From positions 1-64,000 of the forward strand of contig JAYTHY010000096.1 of the NCBI GenBank assembly GCA_043732185.1: a stretch of 64,000 bases of DNA. Reading direction: 5' to 3'. The translations under genes were made by a program, and so were the position numbers. This DNA is from Fibrobacteria bacterium. Lineage in GTDB: Bacteria; Fibrobacterota; Fibrobacteria; UBA11236. The notes beneath the pieces are model-generated. The model saw only the letters and a program-made list of their open reading frames with translations. It had not been told where the DNA came from and did not search any database. This document shows, piece by piece, positions 9,730 through 20,067 of this stretch (the first letter of the stretch is position 1; each line of letters opens with the position of its first letter).

Positions 9730-11418
9730 TCAATACTGTTTTCGCAGTCGGGCTGGGAGAATTTCCAATTGGTCCCGATACTTGGCAACCGTCCGTCTCG
9801 CTACGTCCAATTCTTTTGCCTTCAAAATCTCGACAATTTTTTGGTCGCTGAGTGGCTTTTTCGGGTCTTCGGACTCAATCAACTTTTTAATTTCATCCTT
9901 GGTGGTGACGGAAGACACTTCTCGCCCATCGGATTGGGTGACTCCGGCCGTGAAGAAATACTTCAGTTCAAAAATCCCATGGCTGGTCTGTACATATTTC
10001 CCGTTGGTCACCCGGCTTACCGTGGAGATATGCATGCTGATCTTGTCGGCCACGTCTTGTAATATGAGCGGGCGTAGGTAAGTTGGCCCAATCTTGAAGA
10101 AATCCGGCTGGCTTTCAATAATGGCCTGCATCACCTTAAGCATAGTGGATTTTCGTTGTTCAATAGCCCGGATCAGCCAAGTTGCCGAATTCAACTTCTC
10201 GCGCACGTATTTCTTTTCGTCCGTGCTGGCCTTGCTTCCTTTTTTTAACAGTTCAGCGTAGGCCCGGGAAACCTTCAACGACGGAACGGTGCGGTCATTG
10301 AGCATTAAAACCAGTTCCTCTTCGACTTCCTCTACAATTAAATCCGGAGTGACAGGATTGGCCACCGTCGAACTGACTAACCTTCCGGGATGGGGTTCGA
10401 GTGAGCCAATTTCCTTCATGGCGGCTTGCACCTGCTCGGGAAGCACTTCAAATTTTTTGGCGATGTTCGCCACTTTGAGCTTTTCCAAGAGGTCGAATTC
10501 TTCTTCCACAATCCGCGTAGCCAAAGGGCTTAGGCGGCCATACCGATAAATCTGCAAAAGCAGGCATTCCCGAAGGTTACGCGCTCCTATACCAGCTGGG
10601 TCCATGCTTTGCAGCACATGGAACGCTTCGCGAACTTCATGGCTTGCCGTATCCAAATGGATGGACCCGTCAATAATTCCTTGGATTTCCTGTATGTAGG
10701 GATTGGCTTCATTGGCGGCCTGGGCTTTTTTCTCCATGCCACCCAATTCACGGGAACGGAGTTCACGCGCCCGGCTCCCTAAATCATCGGCTTTTTGCAG
10801 GGCGTCCCGGGCGGCAATTCCTGCTTCATCGAGCTCTTTAACTTTACCACGAACCTTCTCCACCTCTTCCCCATTTTGGGCAGCTGGATCATGCACTTCG
10901 GGAACCAAATAACCCCGGTCATCTAAGCTATTGATCAAATAATCAACCAAAGCTGCAACACGTGCGGGAACCAACCTATCTTGAAGTTGGCCGAGCAGGT
11001 AGTCTTGCAAAGATTTTGCATAGACAGGCACACGCTCGAAGCGTTCATCAGGGCTTTCCAGTTCTTCCGACCGCTTATTCCCGTGATCGAATCCCTCCTC
11101 TAAATAACTTTCCCAATCGATTTCTTTGGGGTCTTTTGGCTCGTCCAAAGAGGGATCCTCTGAACGTATTTCTTCTGCCGTTTGGCTGGCTTCGTTGGAC
11201 GTGTCACCGGAAGGTGCCTCCCCTTCCCCAGGGTTGGAATCCTCAATTTCATCTCCCTCTTCTACGGGTTCCAACAGCGGGTTGGTTTCCAGTTCCTGCT
11301 TGACAACCATTTCCAGTTCCAACGAATTCATTTGTAGGAGCTTTAGGGATTGGATCATCTGAGGCGAGAGCTTTTGCTCCATGCCTACATGCAGATTAAG
11401 ATCGAGTCCAAAATTCAT
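9730..11418 (-). CDS. rpoN: RNA polymerase sigma-54 factor
   Basis: QSLKLLQM region I, DPAGIGARNLRECLLLQ, HISTVSRVT helix-turn-helix, RpoN box ARRTVAKYR. Confidence 0.97.
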   Translation of the reverse strand: MNFGLDLNLHVGMEQKLSPQMIQSLKLLQMNSLELEMVVKQELETNPLLEPVEEGDEIEDSNPGEGEAPSGDTSNEASQTAEEIRSEDPSLDEPKDPKEIDWESYLEEGFDHGNKRSEELESPDERFERVPVYAKSLQDYLLGQLQDRLVPARVAALVDYLINSLDDRGYLVPEVHDPAAQNGEEVEKVRGKVKELDEAGIAARDALQKADDLGSRARELRSRELGGMEKKAQAANEANPYIQEIQGIIDGSIHLDTASHEVREAFHVLQSMDPAGIGARNLRECLLLQIYRYGRLSPLATRIVEEEFDLLEKLKVANIAKKFEVLPEQVQAAMKEIGSLEPHPGRLVSSTVANPVTPDLIVEEVEEELVLMLNDRTVPSLKVSRAYAELLKKGSKASTDEKKYVREKLNSATWLIRAIEQRKSTMLKVMQAIIESQPDFFKIGPTYLRPLILQDVADKISMHISTVSRVTNGKYVQTSHGIFELKYFFTAGVTQSDGREVSSVTTKDEIKKLIESEDPKKPLSDQKIVEILKAKELDVARRTVAKYRDQLEILPARLRKQY

Positions 11419-11428
11419 GTATGCACCA

Positions 11429-12151
11429 TCATCCTAATGAAAACGATTTACCCAAGTAAATGCGTCTGGCTTCTTCGTCCTGGGCCAAATGCTCCGCCGA
11501 GCCCTCTACCAACACTTTGCCTTCAAACATGATATAGGCCCGATTGGTAGTCGCTAAAGTCTCTCGAACGCTATGGTCCGTGATCAATATCCCCATTCCC
11601 TTATCCCTTAAATTAAAAATAACCGACTGGATATCTTCTACGGCAATGGGATCTATACCGGCGAAGGGCTCATCGAGCAAAAGGAATTTCGGCTTAGTTG
11701 TCAAGGCTCGGGCAATTTCCAAGCGACGGCGTTCACCGCCACTCAAGGTATAGGCTTTGTGTTTTCGTAAATGAGCAATCTTGAACTCTTCCATGAGTCT
11801 TTCCGTTTCGAGCTTTTGCTCCGACCGCGAAATAGGCCGAGTTTGCAGTATGGCGAGAATATTTTCCTCCACAGTCAGTTTACGAAATACCGATGTCTCT
11901 TGGGGCAGGTAACCCAGCCCACGGCGTGCCCGTTTGTACATGGGCATGGTCGAGACATTTTCTTCCCCGATATATATTCTACCCGAATTCGCACGAATCA
12001 TGCCTACAATCATGTAAAAGGACGTTGTCTTACCCGCGCCGTTTGGACCCAAAAGTCCCACAACCTCACCTTGGTTGACATTGAAGCTCACCCCGTCCAC
12101 AACTCTGCGGCCATTGTAAATTTTAACGAGCGATTCCGCAATAATTTGCAC
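11429..12151 (-). CDS. lptB: LPS export ABC transporter ATP-binding protein
   Basis: GPNGAGKTT, LSGGERRRLEIARAL, DEPFAGIDP; directly upstream of rpoN. Confidence 0.95.
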   Translation of the reverse strand: MQIIAESLVKIYNGRRVVDGVSFNVNQGEVVGLLGPNGAGKTTSFYMIVGMIRANSGRIYIGEENVSTMPMYKRARRGLGYLPQETSVFRKLTVEENILAILQTRPISRSEQKLETERLMEEFKIAHLRKHKAYTLSGGERRRLEIARALTTKPKFLLLDEPFAGIDPIAVEDIQSVIFNLRDKGMGILITDHSVRETLATTNRAYIMFEGKVLVEGSAEHLAQDEEARRIYLGKSFSLG

Positions 12152-13440
12152 TATTTCTTCCTCCGTGTACTTGGAACAGGATTTGAATCGGACGGACCGG
12201 GAGGCCGCTTGGTAGCCGGCAATTTGGCATGCGCGCCGGCTCGCTCGCCATAATAGGTGCCCTTGGCTTCGCCTTTGACTTGTACCTCGTCTATCTTACC
12301 TGACTTGAAAGCAAAATCGATGGTATCTCCTTCCGCATCATTGCGACCCTTGAGGCGCTTTTGTTCGAAATGATAATAGGAGCTCTTGGCCCTTCCCAAG
12401 ACATTTGCGCTTCTGATCTGTTTGCCGGCAAAACGCAAGACCATGTACTCGCCACTCATTTTGTTGACGTACTCGGGCTTATCCTGATCAAAGTAGGCCC
12501 CAGTAGCATTTCTAAACACCTGCACACTATCGATGGCTTTGTCCTTAAAAGTAAGGAAGAGCGAATCGCCATTAAGGTCCGATTGCCGGGCCGAGCTGGT
12601 ATCTGTGGCTGGTTCCACGGAATGCGCCTGCGCCGAACCCTTAACTAGCAGGCTGCGAATATCCTCCCCATGCATCCCCAACCGCATAACCAAACCTTTG
12701 ACTTGGTTGTCATCAACCAGGACCAATGGTTCTCCAATTAAAAAAAGTGAATCAGCCGCGTCATGGTATTCGGCCTTTTTACAAGTGATCCGAAGCTTAT
12801 CCCGGTTGATGCGGACCTTGCCATCAGCAATAGCTATTTGCGTAGAGTCATCGTAGGTCATGACCTCGCCAAAGATGCTCAAGGTATCCCGTTTAGATAA
12901 TTTCGATTTCGCAGCCAGTGAATCCGAGCTGTCGGACGAAGCATAAAAGCGCCGCAGGATGGGATCGCCGGTTAGGGTGGTGAGATGTTTGTATCGTTTG
13001 TAAACAATGCTTTTTCCGGAGGCTTCCACCTCACCGCTGCTGTCCCGCATGAACACATGACCTTCCGCCATGGCTTCACCACGGTTCTTATCATAGTTGC
13101 CGCCATCGCCTGTCAGTACCGCTCCGCGCTGGACAATTTTAATACCGGACTCGCAATAAACGATGTTCCTGTCCTTAAGCCAAACGGCCCGCTCGGTTTC
13201 CAATTTTAAGGTGCCATGCCTAAAGCGCACTTTTCCACTTAGGACATACTCACCGCGGCTGCGGTACCCTTCAAATCGGTCAGCATTTTCCATGATCAAG
13301 GGCTCATTTTTTTCCAGTGCGGGTTTGCCCCCTTCCAGTGACGCACCGGAAGAGTTTGGAAAAAATAATACGCCCAAAAGTTGCAGTAGCAGCAGAAGCC
13401 ATTTCGGCCGATAGAAAGTTTGACCGGGTGAGTCCATCAT
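12151..13440 (-). CDS. Extended OstA/LptA-like LPS transport protein
   Basis: Signal peptide, repeated beta-jellyroll-like segments (GKVRFRHG, GHVFMRD, GKVRINR), position between lptC and lptB. Confidence 0.75.
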   Translation of the reverse strand: MMDSPGQTFYRPKWLLLLLQLLGVLFFPNSSGASLEGGKPALEKNEPLIMENADRFEGYRSRGEYVLSGKVRFRHGTLKLETERAVWLKDRNIVYCESGIKIVQRGAVLTGDGGNYDKNRGEAMAEGHVFMRDSSGEVEASGKSIVYKRYKHLTTLTGDPILRRFYASSDSSDSLAAKSKLSKRDTLSIFGEVMTYDDSTQIAIADGKVRINRDKLRITCKKAEYHDAADSLFLIGEPLVLVDDNQVKGLVMRLGMHGEDIRSLLVKGSAQAHSVEPATDTSSARQSDLNGDSLFLTFKDKAIDSVQVFRNATGAYFDQDKPEYVNKMSGEYMVLRFAGKQIRSANVLGRAKSSYYHFEQKRLKGRNDAEGDTIDFAFKSGKIDEVQVKGEAKGTYYGERAGAHAKLPATKRPPGPSDSNPVPSTRRKK

Positions 13441-14141
13441 CGTGTAGACTCGGGAACAACTGATTTCGTTGCGGGTGCCGAAAGGCTGTCGGTTCGAATT
13501 GTTGCCTTGGAGGGCTTTCCTGGTGCGGCAATTGCTGGCATTCCTATTGCGGCTGAGGTAGACACCCCTGGAGCAGGGGATGCTGTCGAGTCCTTATCAG
13601 CGTCTTGAAAACGTTCTTGCACTTTTTGGAAAACGCCATGGACATTGGAGAGGATTTGCCAATTGTCGAGCTTCGCATCGGACAAAAAACCTTTGCCGGT
13701 TAGAACATCTCCTTCTTCAGAAATGACCCGGACGTGTGCTTCGGTGCTGATCTGATTGATGGCCTTATTCCACCTCAGTGAATCACTGGTTATGTCCACC
13801 CCTTTTTCAGAGTGTCCGTGCACATGGCCGGATGCCACAAGGAAACTGATAGATTCGTCCACGGTTCCTGAATCCGCAGTCACTCTAACCATAATCTTGC
13901 CAGTGGAATCATAAACAATCAGGTCGACGGGCCGCGCGCGCACCAAATCGGTTCTAGGCCATTTGACCAGATGTAAGGTTTTTAAAATCCAGCTTAATCG
14001 CGAACCCTCATACATATCTAATATGGTTGTGTCCCGGTATTCGGCCAACGGTAGTTCCTTGGTCAATCCCTGGGATTTGGGAGGCTCTTCAACAGGGCTG
14101 CAACCCAATAACATAAGCAAAAGAAATGCCACCAATAGCAT
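13437..14141 (-). CDS. lptC: LPS export protein LptC, lipoprotein type
   Basis: Likely start ATG 14141 gives lipobox LLGC; contains DSLRWN...ISTEAHVRV...LTGKGFLSD; synteny with lptAB. Confidence 0.75.
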   Translation of the reverse strand: MLLVAFLLLMLLGCSPVEEPPKSQGLTKELPLAEYRDTTILDMYEGSRLSWILKTLHLVKWPRTDLVRARPVDLIVYDSTGKIMVRVTADSGTVDESISFLVASGHVHGHSEKGVDITSDSLRWNKAINQISTEAHVRVISEEGDVLTGKGFLSDAKLDNWQILSNVHGVFQKVQERFQDADKDSTASPAPGVSTSAAIGMPAIAAPGKPSKATIRTDSLSAPATKSVVPESTR

Positions 14142-14294
14142 GCCCTCAAGATACTTAAATTGGTTGAAAATCAAGGTCCTCCATGCACGGCTTCTGTTTA
14201 CGAGAGCATTTGTATAGACTATCATTAACTGGGTCATGGATCCTCATTACGGTTCCCAAGCCATGAAATTTTAAATTAAGTAGGGTTATCTAAC

Positions 14295-15698
14295 TTGCGT
14301 AAAGACAAAGACTTAACAAACGGGCCGATTTTCCCGTTAATGCTTGCCATTGCCTTGCCAATGATGATAGGGATGACGGCACATATGGTGCTGAACATTG
14401 TGGACGGCGTGTTCGTCAGCCGCCTTGGTATTGAAGAAGGTCTGGCAGTTCTAAATTATGGCTTTCCATTCTTCTATCTCATCTTTGCCGTATTCAATGG
14501 GCTAACTAGTGGTTCTACTTCTGTTATTGCCAGGCTTTTAGGCGCGCAGGAAAAAGCGAAAGCTGAAAATGCCTTAAGCCAGATTGTGTGGGTAGCGCTT
14601 GGCCTGTTTGCCATCTTTCTGGTGATTTATCCTTTTGCACTCCCCTATTATTTGGATATCCAAAAAGCGTCACCAGTCGGTGCTGCCCTAACCAAATCCT
14701 ACCTCAACATGCTTTTCCTGGGAGTGCCTTTTTTAATCTTCGCCCTTTTATGGGGCTCGGGTCTACGCGCCGAAGGCAATACCCGTACCTTGATGATGGG
14801 AATGGTGATGGGCACTTTGATAAATATTTTGATCGCACCCTTTCTGATTTTCACACACTTTCATTTCGCTGGAACCGAATGGAAGGGTTTAGGAATGAGC
14901 GTCGCGGGGGCAGGATTGGCAGCGGGAATTTCCAATATTTTAACGGCTCTAGTCGTTTATTCCATATACGCCCGAAAACAAACCCAATTGCGGCTTTGCC
15001 TCTGGCCTGATTGGAAGGATACAGAAGGACTGATCGATGCCTTTCGGGTCGGTTTTCCATCTATCTTGTCCCAATCCTTGCTTGGTATCAACATCTTTAT
15101 CCTTACCAAGCTCGCCTCTGCCTTTGGCCCTTCCGCCATGGCGGCCATCGGAATTGGATCGCGATTGGAAACCTTGGCCATCTTCCCTGCCCTCTCAATC
15201 ATGGTGGCAGTGCTCTCGCTGGTGGGTCAGAATTTTGGTGCCAAGAACTATGTCCGCGTCGAACAAAGCGTCCGCATGGGTCTCCTGACGGCCTTCCTTT
15301 TCTTAGCTGTTGTCGGCATAGTAGTGCATCTCCTGCGAGTACGACTCATCCAAAATTTTCATCCCGATTTGGTCACGTTGCAGTCCGCTACCCATTACTT
15401 GGGACTGACAACCTTAGGTTATGGATTTATCGGTATAAGCATCGTTTCCAGCGGCGCGTTTCAAGGTCTGGGTAGAGGGTTGCCATTTTTATTTTTAAAC
15501 ATCATGCGACTGGTGCTTGTCGCCACACCCCTTGGCTATATACTCGCGCATACTCGAGGCGAATACGCCTTGCACTATGCCCCTCTCATTGCCAGCGGAT
15601 TTACAGCCATCGTCGCATCCACTTGGATACTCAAAACGGTTCACACGCTAAGGAAAACCAATATTGAGGCAGCGGAGCCGGTGCCTGTGACTGTCTAA
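14295..15698 (+). CDS. MATE family efflux transporter
   Basis: DLTNGPI...ALPMMIG start, about 12 TM helices, LRAEGNT and VGQNFGAK motifs. Confidence 0.9.
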   Translation: MRKDKDLTNGPIFPLMLAIALPMMIGMTAHMVLNIVDGVFVSRLGIEEGLAVLNYGFPFFYLIFAVFNGLTSGSTSVIARLLGAQEKAKAENALSQIVWVALGLFAIFLVIYPFALPYYLDIQKASPVGAALTKSYLNMLFLGVPFLIFALLWGSGLRAEGNTRTLMMGMVMGTLINILIAPFLIFTHFHFAGTEWKGLGMSVAGAGLAAGISNILTALVVYSIYARKQTQLRLCLWPDWKDTEGLIDAFRVGFPSILSQSLLGINIFILTKLASAFGPSAMAAIGIGSRLETLAIFPALSIMVAVLSLVGQNFGAKNYVRVEQSVRMGLLTAFLFLAVVGIVVHLLRVRLIQNFHPDLVTLQSATHYLGLTTLGYGFIGISIVSSGAFQGLGRGLPFLFLNIMRLVLVATPLGYILAHTRGEYALHYAPLIASGFTAIVASTWILKTVHTLRKTNIEAAEPVPVTV

Positions 15699-15735
15699 TC
15701 CTTAGCCTTATTGTTTAGCTTAATTGTTCAGCTTC

Positions 15736-16149
15736 ATGCCTGTCGCCAGTAATCAAAGCACAATCACCATTGCGGTGCGATACTCGGAAACGGATGCCAT
15801 GAAGTTTGTGTATTATGCCAACTTCTTGGTTTATTTCGAAGTGGCTCGAACCGCAGCCTTGGCGGAATTGGGTCATGCTTATTCAGAGATGGAAAAAAAG
15901 CAGGTGCTCATTCCGGTTTTGGCCGCGCATTGTGAATACCTGAACCCAGCTTTTTATGGGGATACCCTGAGTGTTCAAACCCTACGCTGGCGCAAAGGTA
16001 AAGCCCGTATCCGCTTTGATTACCTTGTGTTACGAGAAACGGAAGTGCTCGCCAAAGGATACACGGAGCATGCATTTATGCATCCATCCGGCAAACCGCT
16101 CCGGCCCCCTCAGGACATTATTTCGCTCTTTCCCGATTACGCGCCCTGA
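15736..16149 (+). CDS. Acyl-CoA thioesterase (YbgC/4HBT family)
   Basis: VRYSETDAMKFVYYANFLVYFEVAR. Confidence 0.88.
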   Translation: MPVASNQSTITIAVRYSETDAMKFVYYANFLVYFEVARTAALAELGHAYSEMEKKQVLIPVLAAHCEYLNPAFYGDTLSVQTLRWRKGKARIRFDYLVLRETEVLAKGYTEHAFMHPSGKPLRPPQDIISLFPDYAP

Positions 16150-16184
16150 TCCAGATTTTATGAACGCACTGGGCGCTCGAATCG

Positions 16185-17051
16185 TTACAAGTACTGAGCC
16201 GATTCTGCAATCAGTTCTTCTAGCGCTTGGACTGAAGCTTTAGCCGGGCTCATGTTGGGAAACTTCTCGTAGGCATAATTGATACCGGAGGAGCTGTTCA
16301 AGAGATGGAGGTGCGCATCACTCCCTGCATCGCGAATCGCCTGATACACATCCGTCACACTTCCCGTTTGTCCACCGGACACGCCGCTTATGGCAATGCC
16401 TGGAATCAGGATGGGTATTTCTTTACCGCGACCTCGCCAGTACAGCAACAAATCGCGCAGTTCCGTAGGAGCCGTTGCCCCCACTACAGCGCCCAAATTT
16501 CCATCATTCCAGTCTGCTAATTTTTCCGCCACCACGCGGTAAAGTGGGGTTCCGTCGGATCGAACGCTAAGCTCCTGAAAATCCTTAGCACTGGGATTGG
16601 ACGTCCTCACCAAAACATAGATGCCCTGGTTCTTGGCTACATCCTGGAATGGCTTGATAGTATCTTGGCCCATATAAGGGGCGACGGTAACCGCATCCGC
16701 ACCAAAAACCTGAAACGCCATTTGTGCGTAAGCGCCGGAAGTGCTGGAAATATCCCCGCGTTTGGCGTCCAAAACAACGAGTGGGCCAGCAGCCTTAAAT
16801 GCCTTAATCAGATCATGCAACACTTGCAGGCAGGGCAGGCTCACAGCCTCGTAATACGCTAAATTGGGCTTGACGGCTGCCGGCAGGATATTCTTAGCCA
16901 GCATGGCTTCCAGCATGTCGGAATAAAATCTTTTAATGCGTTCCTCCGGCGAACCCGTGCCGGGGATTTTTTTCAATACCGGATCCATACCCACACAAAC
17001 CGCATTGCCGGCTTGTCGGGTCCGTGAAATTAATCTCTCTTGAAAACTCAT
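16185..17051 (-). CDS. pyrF: Orotidine-5'-phosphate decarboxylase (type 2)
   Basis: CVGMDP, KPNLAYYE, LDAKRGDI, VRTSNP, GAVVGAT; GGAGG SD before ATG 17051. Confidence 0.92.
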   Translation of the reverse strand: MSFQERLISRTRQAGNAVCVGMDPVLKKIPGTGSPEERIKRFYSDMLEAMLAKNILPAAVKPNLAYYEAVSLPCLQVLHDLIKAFKAAGPLVVLDAKRGDISSTSGAYAQMAFQVFGADAVTVAPYMGQDTIKPFQDVAKNQGIYVLVRTSNPSAKDFQELSVRSDGTPLYRVVAEKLADWNDGNLGAVVGATAPTELRDLLLYWRGRGKEIPILIPGIAISGVSGGQTGSVTDVYQAIRDAGSDAHLHLLNSSSGINYAYEKFPNMSPAKASVQALEELIAESAQYL

Positions 17052-17079
17052 GCCCAATCCTCCCGCCTGGGAAAGCTAC

Positions 17080-17457
17080 TCAATCAAGGGGCTTTAGAGG
17101 AGGCGGTGGCGGAATCGGGAGTTGCGGGGCCGTATCCCATGCGATATCTTTAAGACGTGAACGGGCATAGACTAGAAAGTCGCTCCAGTCTGACAGGAGC
17201 GGCTGTCCGACTTCGGCACACCAAGTTGAAAACTCCCCAGCATGAGAAATCTCCAAAACGCGTGAATGAAAATTCATCCACACCGAAAAATCATAGAGCT
17301 GGGAACATGCCTTGCGACGCACTAAGTTGGAAATAAATCGCTCTTTAAGCCAAATTTGAAAAACTGCCTCCAGGCTTTTTTGCAATTGGACGCGGTTGGG
17401 ATAGTGATCGAGAAGTGGAAATTTTGGGATTCGATTATTGATGACATATGTGGACAT
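17080..17457 (-). CDS. Hypothetical protein (125 aa, Pro-rich tail)
   Basis: Fills the gap between the fpr promoter region and pyrF and is co-oriented with pyrF; no family recognised. Confidence 0.55.
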   Translation of the reverse strand: MSTYVINNRIPKFPLLDHYPNRVQLQKSLEAVFQIWLKERFISNLVRRKACSQLYDFSVWMNFHSRVLEISHAGEFSTWCAEVGQPLLSDWSDFLVYARSRLKDIAWDTAPQLPIPPPPPLKPLD

Positions 17458-17565
17458 GGGCTACATCCGGGGCGACCAGAAATCGGAGAAAAATAATAAT
17501 ATAATCTAAATGTTTTCTGAGGTTCCAGTCCTCACTCAAATGTTAACTTTACCCCAGAGGTAAAC

Positions 17566-18384
17566 ATGGATTCCGTAGCAGAGAAATACAATGCAGTCAT
17601 CGTGGCCAAACAAGATTTTAGCCCGGATTTATTCATCATCAAGGTAAAGACGGATAAACCGATGGCCGAGTTTACCTCCGGCCAGTACGTGTTATTGGGG
17701 CTCTCCTCAAACCTCCCGCGCCGTGAAGGCAGCGAACCAGAATTCAAGGAATGCAAACCGGATCGAATGGTACTCAGGGCCTATTCCATCGCCTCCTCCG
17801 GTCTCGAACCCAACCTTTTGGAATTTTATATTTCCGTCGTCTACAACGGTCAACTCACTCCACGCCTGGTGGGCATCAAACCCGGCGACCGCATTATGGT
17901 CGGAGAAAAAATTCGTGGCCTCTTTACCTTGGACACGGTCCCGGCGGCACATAAAAATGTCATTTTAGCGGCAACGGGTACCGGCCTTGCCCCTTATGTC
18001 TCCATGATGCGCAATCATTCCGTAAAACCCTATCCATTCCGGTTCATAATTTTGCATGGCGCACCCTATGGATGGGAGCTCGGCTACTTGGAGGAATTGC
18101 GTCTGCAAGCCCGGCATCTGCCCGGGGTCACCTATATTCCGTCCATTACACGGACCAAAATAGACCCCTGGTGGACGGGTGAAACAGGCCGTATTACCCA
18201 ATATTTCCAAGATGGCGTTTTGAAGAATCGGCTCGATGTTCCATTAGACCCTAGCCAGACTTCCGTTTTCCTCTGCGGCAATCCCGCCATGATCGAAGAA
18301 GTCGGTAAGCAACTGGAACCGCTAGGTTATTCCACCCATACGACGGAAAAGCCCGGTAGCATGCACATCGAAGAGTACTGGTAG
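17566..18384 (+). CDS. fpr: Ferredoxin/flavodoxin-NADP+ reductase
   Basis: RAYSIAS, ATGTGLAPYVSM, CGNPAMI, terminal EEYW. Confidence 0.9.
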   Translation: MDSVAEKYNAVIVAKQDFSPDLFIIKVKTDKPMAEFTSGQYVLLGLSSNLPRREGSEPEFKECKPDRMVLRAYSIASSGLEPNLLEFYISVVYNGQLTPRLVGIKPGDRIMVGEKIRGLFTLDTVPAAHKNVILAATGTGLAPYVSMMRNHSVKPYPFRFIILHGAPYGWELGYLEELRLQARHLPGVTYIPSITRTKIDPWWTGETGRITQYFQDGVLKNRLDVPLDPSQTSVFLCGNPAMIEEVGKQLEPLGYSTHTTEKPGSMHIEEYW

Positions 18385-18389
18385 AGTAC

Positions 18390-19268
18390 TTAAGCCAGAT
18401 GATCGGAATCGTCGGCGCTTAGGCTATCGCCTCGTAAATCATCCGCAAGTGTCCAGATAAATTCACTGGCTTCTTTGTTTCCCGCTAAATGATAGGCGTT
18501 GATAAGGTTGCGTAAAACCCTTGCGATTATTGCCTCCGGCGAAGCTGGCGTATAAAGCAACTGGGCAAAGTCTGGAGCGTATTTCTTTTCCAACTGCCCG
18601 AGTCTGCGTTCATCGAGGATTTTGCCGCCGTCAAAGCAATCGATTATGATATCCCGCTGGCCTTCTCGAGCCCGCGTCAGAAAATGTTCCGGCACATCAC
18701 AGCCGTGTATCTCCAGTCCCAGACGGTGCCCAATCAACATGAAAATACAAGCCAGGGTAATGGGAATTCCTTGCCGCTTTTGGATCACCTGTACTAAATC
18801 ACTATTGGCAGGATCGTAATACCCACTAACGGCGCCCGAAAAGCCGCGATGGGTAAATAGATATTCGGCCAATGATTCCGCATCCACGCCGAACCCCGTG
18901 TCCCGAAAGTCTTGGGCCAAGTGGTCCAACAGGGATTCCAGTTCAGGGTGTTTCGGCGCTTTGCCTTCCGTTCCCTTTCCAGAAAGGAAAAGGGAAAGTC
19001 CGGACAATGCCGATTCCAATTTTTGCATATCTTCCGGTAGCTGACGCCAATGCAGCCATGCGCCTCTGAATCCCGTACGAGCCCGATTCCCCAACAATTC
19101 CAGAATTTTTTGGCGGGATACTTCTGGGATCTCACTTAAGCGAGCGCGGATATCGGACTCCCAAGCGGGGAGATTCGCTTGGAGTTTTTCCCAAACATGC
19201 ACGCGTACAGAGGCGCTGTCATCGTCCAACAGTTTGAGAATGTGGACCAGGTCTTTGCTTGGGTTCAT
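18390..19268 (-). CDS. SirB1 / transglutaminase-like (Transglut_core2) protein
   Basis: YYDPANSDL...RQGIPITLACIF...GCDVPEHFL...IIARVLRNL. Confidence 0.8.
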   Translation of the reverse strand: MNPSKDLVHILKLLDDDSASVRVHVWEKLQANLPAWESDIRARLSEIPEVSRQKILELLGNRARTGFRGAWLHWRQLPEDMQKLESALSGLSLFLSGKGTEGKAPKHPELESLLDHLAQDFRDTGFGVDAESLAEYLFTHRGFSGAVSGYYDPANSDLVQVIQKRQGIPITLACIFMLIGHRLGLEIHGCDVPEHFLTRAREGQRDIIIDCFDGGKILDERRLGQLEKKYAPDFAQLLYTPASPEAIIARVLRNLINAYHLAGNKEASEFIWTLADDLRGDSLSADDSDHLA

Positions 19269-19320
19269 ACCCAAAGAAGTTAAAAATTACCGAGCCAGGA
19301 TGTATATTCATCCATGTATC

Positions 19321-20001
19321 ATGACCACCCAAATTAAAAACCGACGGCTTTTTGTCGGCGATTTACATGGATGCCTGGATGAACTGAACGACCTTTTAGA
19401 GCTGTTCAGTTTTAGACCCGGTTTAGACACCCTGTTTTCAGTAGGCGATGTCGTTGGCAAGGGGCCCGATGTACCCGGAACCTTGCGTCGATTAAAAGAC
19501 CTCGAAGCCAATGTGGTTACTGGAAATCACGATCAAATCATGCTTCGGGCTGCGCAGAAAGCAGCCCCGCTACGCAGCCTGAAAGATGTGGACTATCTCG
19601 CTTCCCTTGGAACAGAATCGGCAATTTGGATCCCTTACATTGCTTCTTGGCCCGTCTACATTGAACTTGAGGATATCATTTTGGTGCACGCAGGCCTTGA
19701 GCCCGGAAAAAGCAACATGAAAGATATGTCCAAGCAAATTTTGGTTCGGATTCGTACCTGGGATGGAAAAGGCGAGGAATTACATAGTCCAAACGATCCC
19801 CCATGGTATGACTGCGTCGCCCCAGAAAAAACCATTGTGTTTGGCCATTGGGCCCAGCGGGGAAGGATCGACCTTCCTCGTTTTAAAGGCTTAGATACGG
19901 GTTGCGTCTATGGCGGCGCACTCACGGGTTGGTGTCCGGAAGAGGACCGATTTCTAGAGGTCTCGGCTCGGCGCACCTATTCACCCATCCATTACCATTG
20001 A
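19321..20001 (+). CDS. ApaH/PrpA-like metallophosphoesterase
   Basis: GDLHGC, VGDVVGKGP, GNHD, HAG, FGHW, LDTGCVYGG. Confidence 0.88.
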   Translation: MTTQIKNRRLFVGDLHGCLDELNDLLELFSFRPGLDTLFSVGDVVGKGPDVPGTLRRLKDLEANVVTGNHDQIMLRAAQKAAPLRSLKDVDYLASLGTESAIWIPYIASWPVYIELEDIILVHAGLEPGKSNMKDMSKQILVRIRTWDGKGEELHSPNDPPWYDCVAPEKTIVFGHWAQRGRIDLPRFKGLDTGCVYGGALTGWCPEEDRFLEVSARRTYSPIHYH

Positions 20002-20067
20002 ATCCACCGGCCTTTATTGAAGCAGCGGTACTCTACTTTATTGACGTCTGGCGTACAAGGTAAGCAG

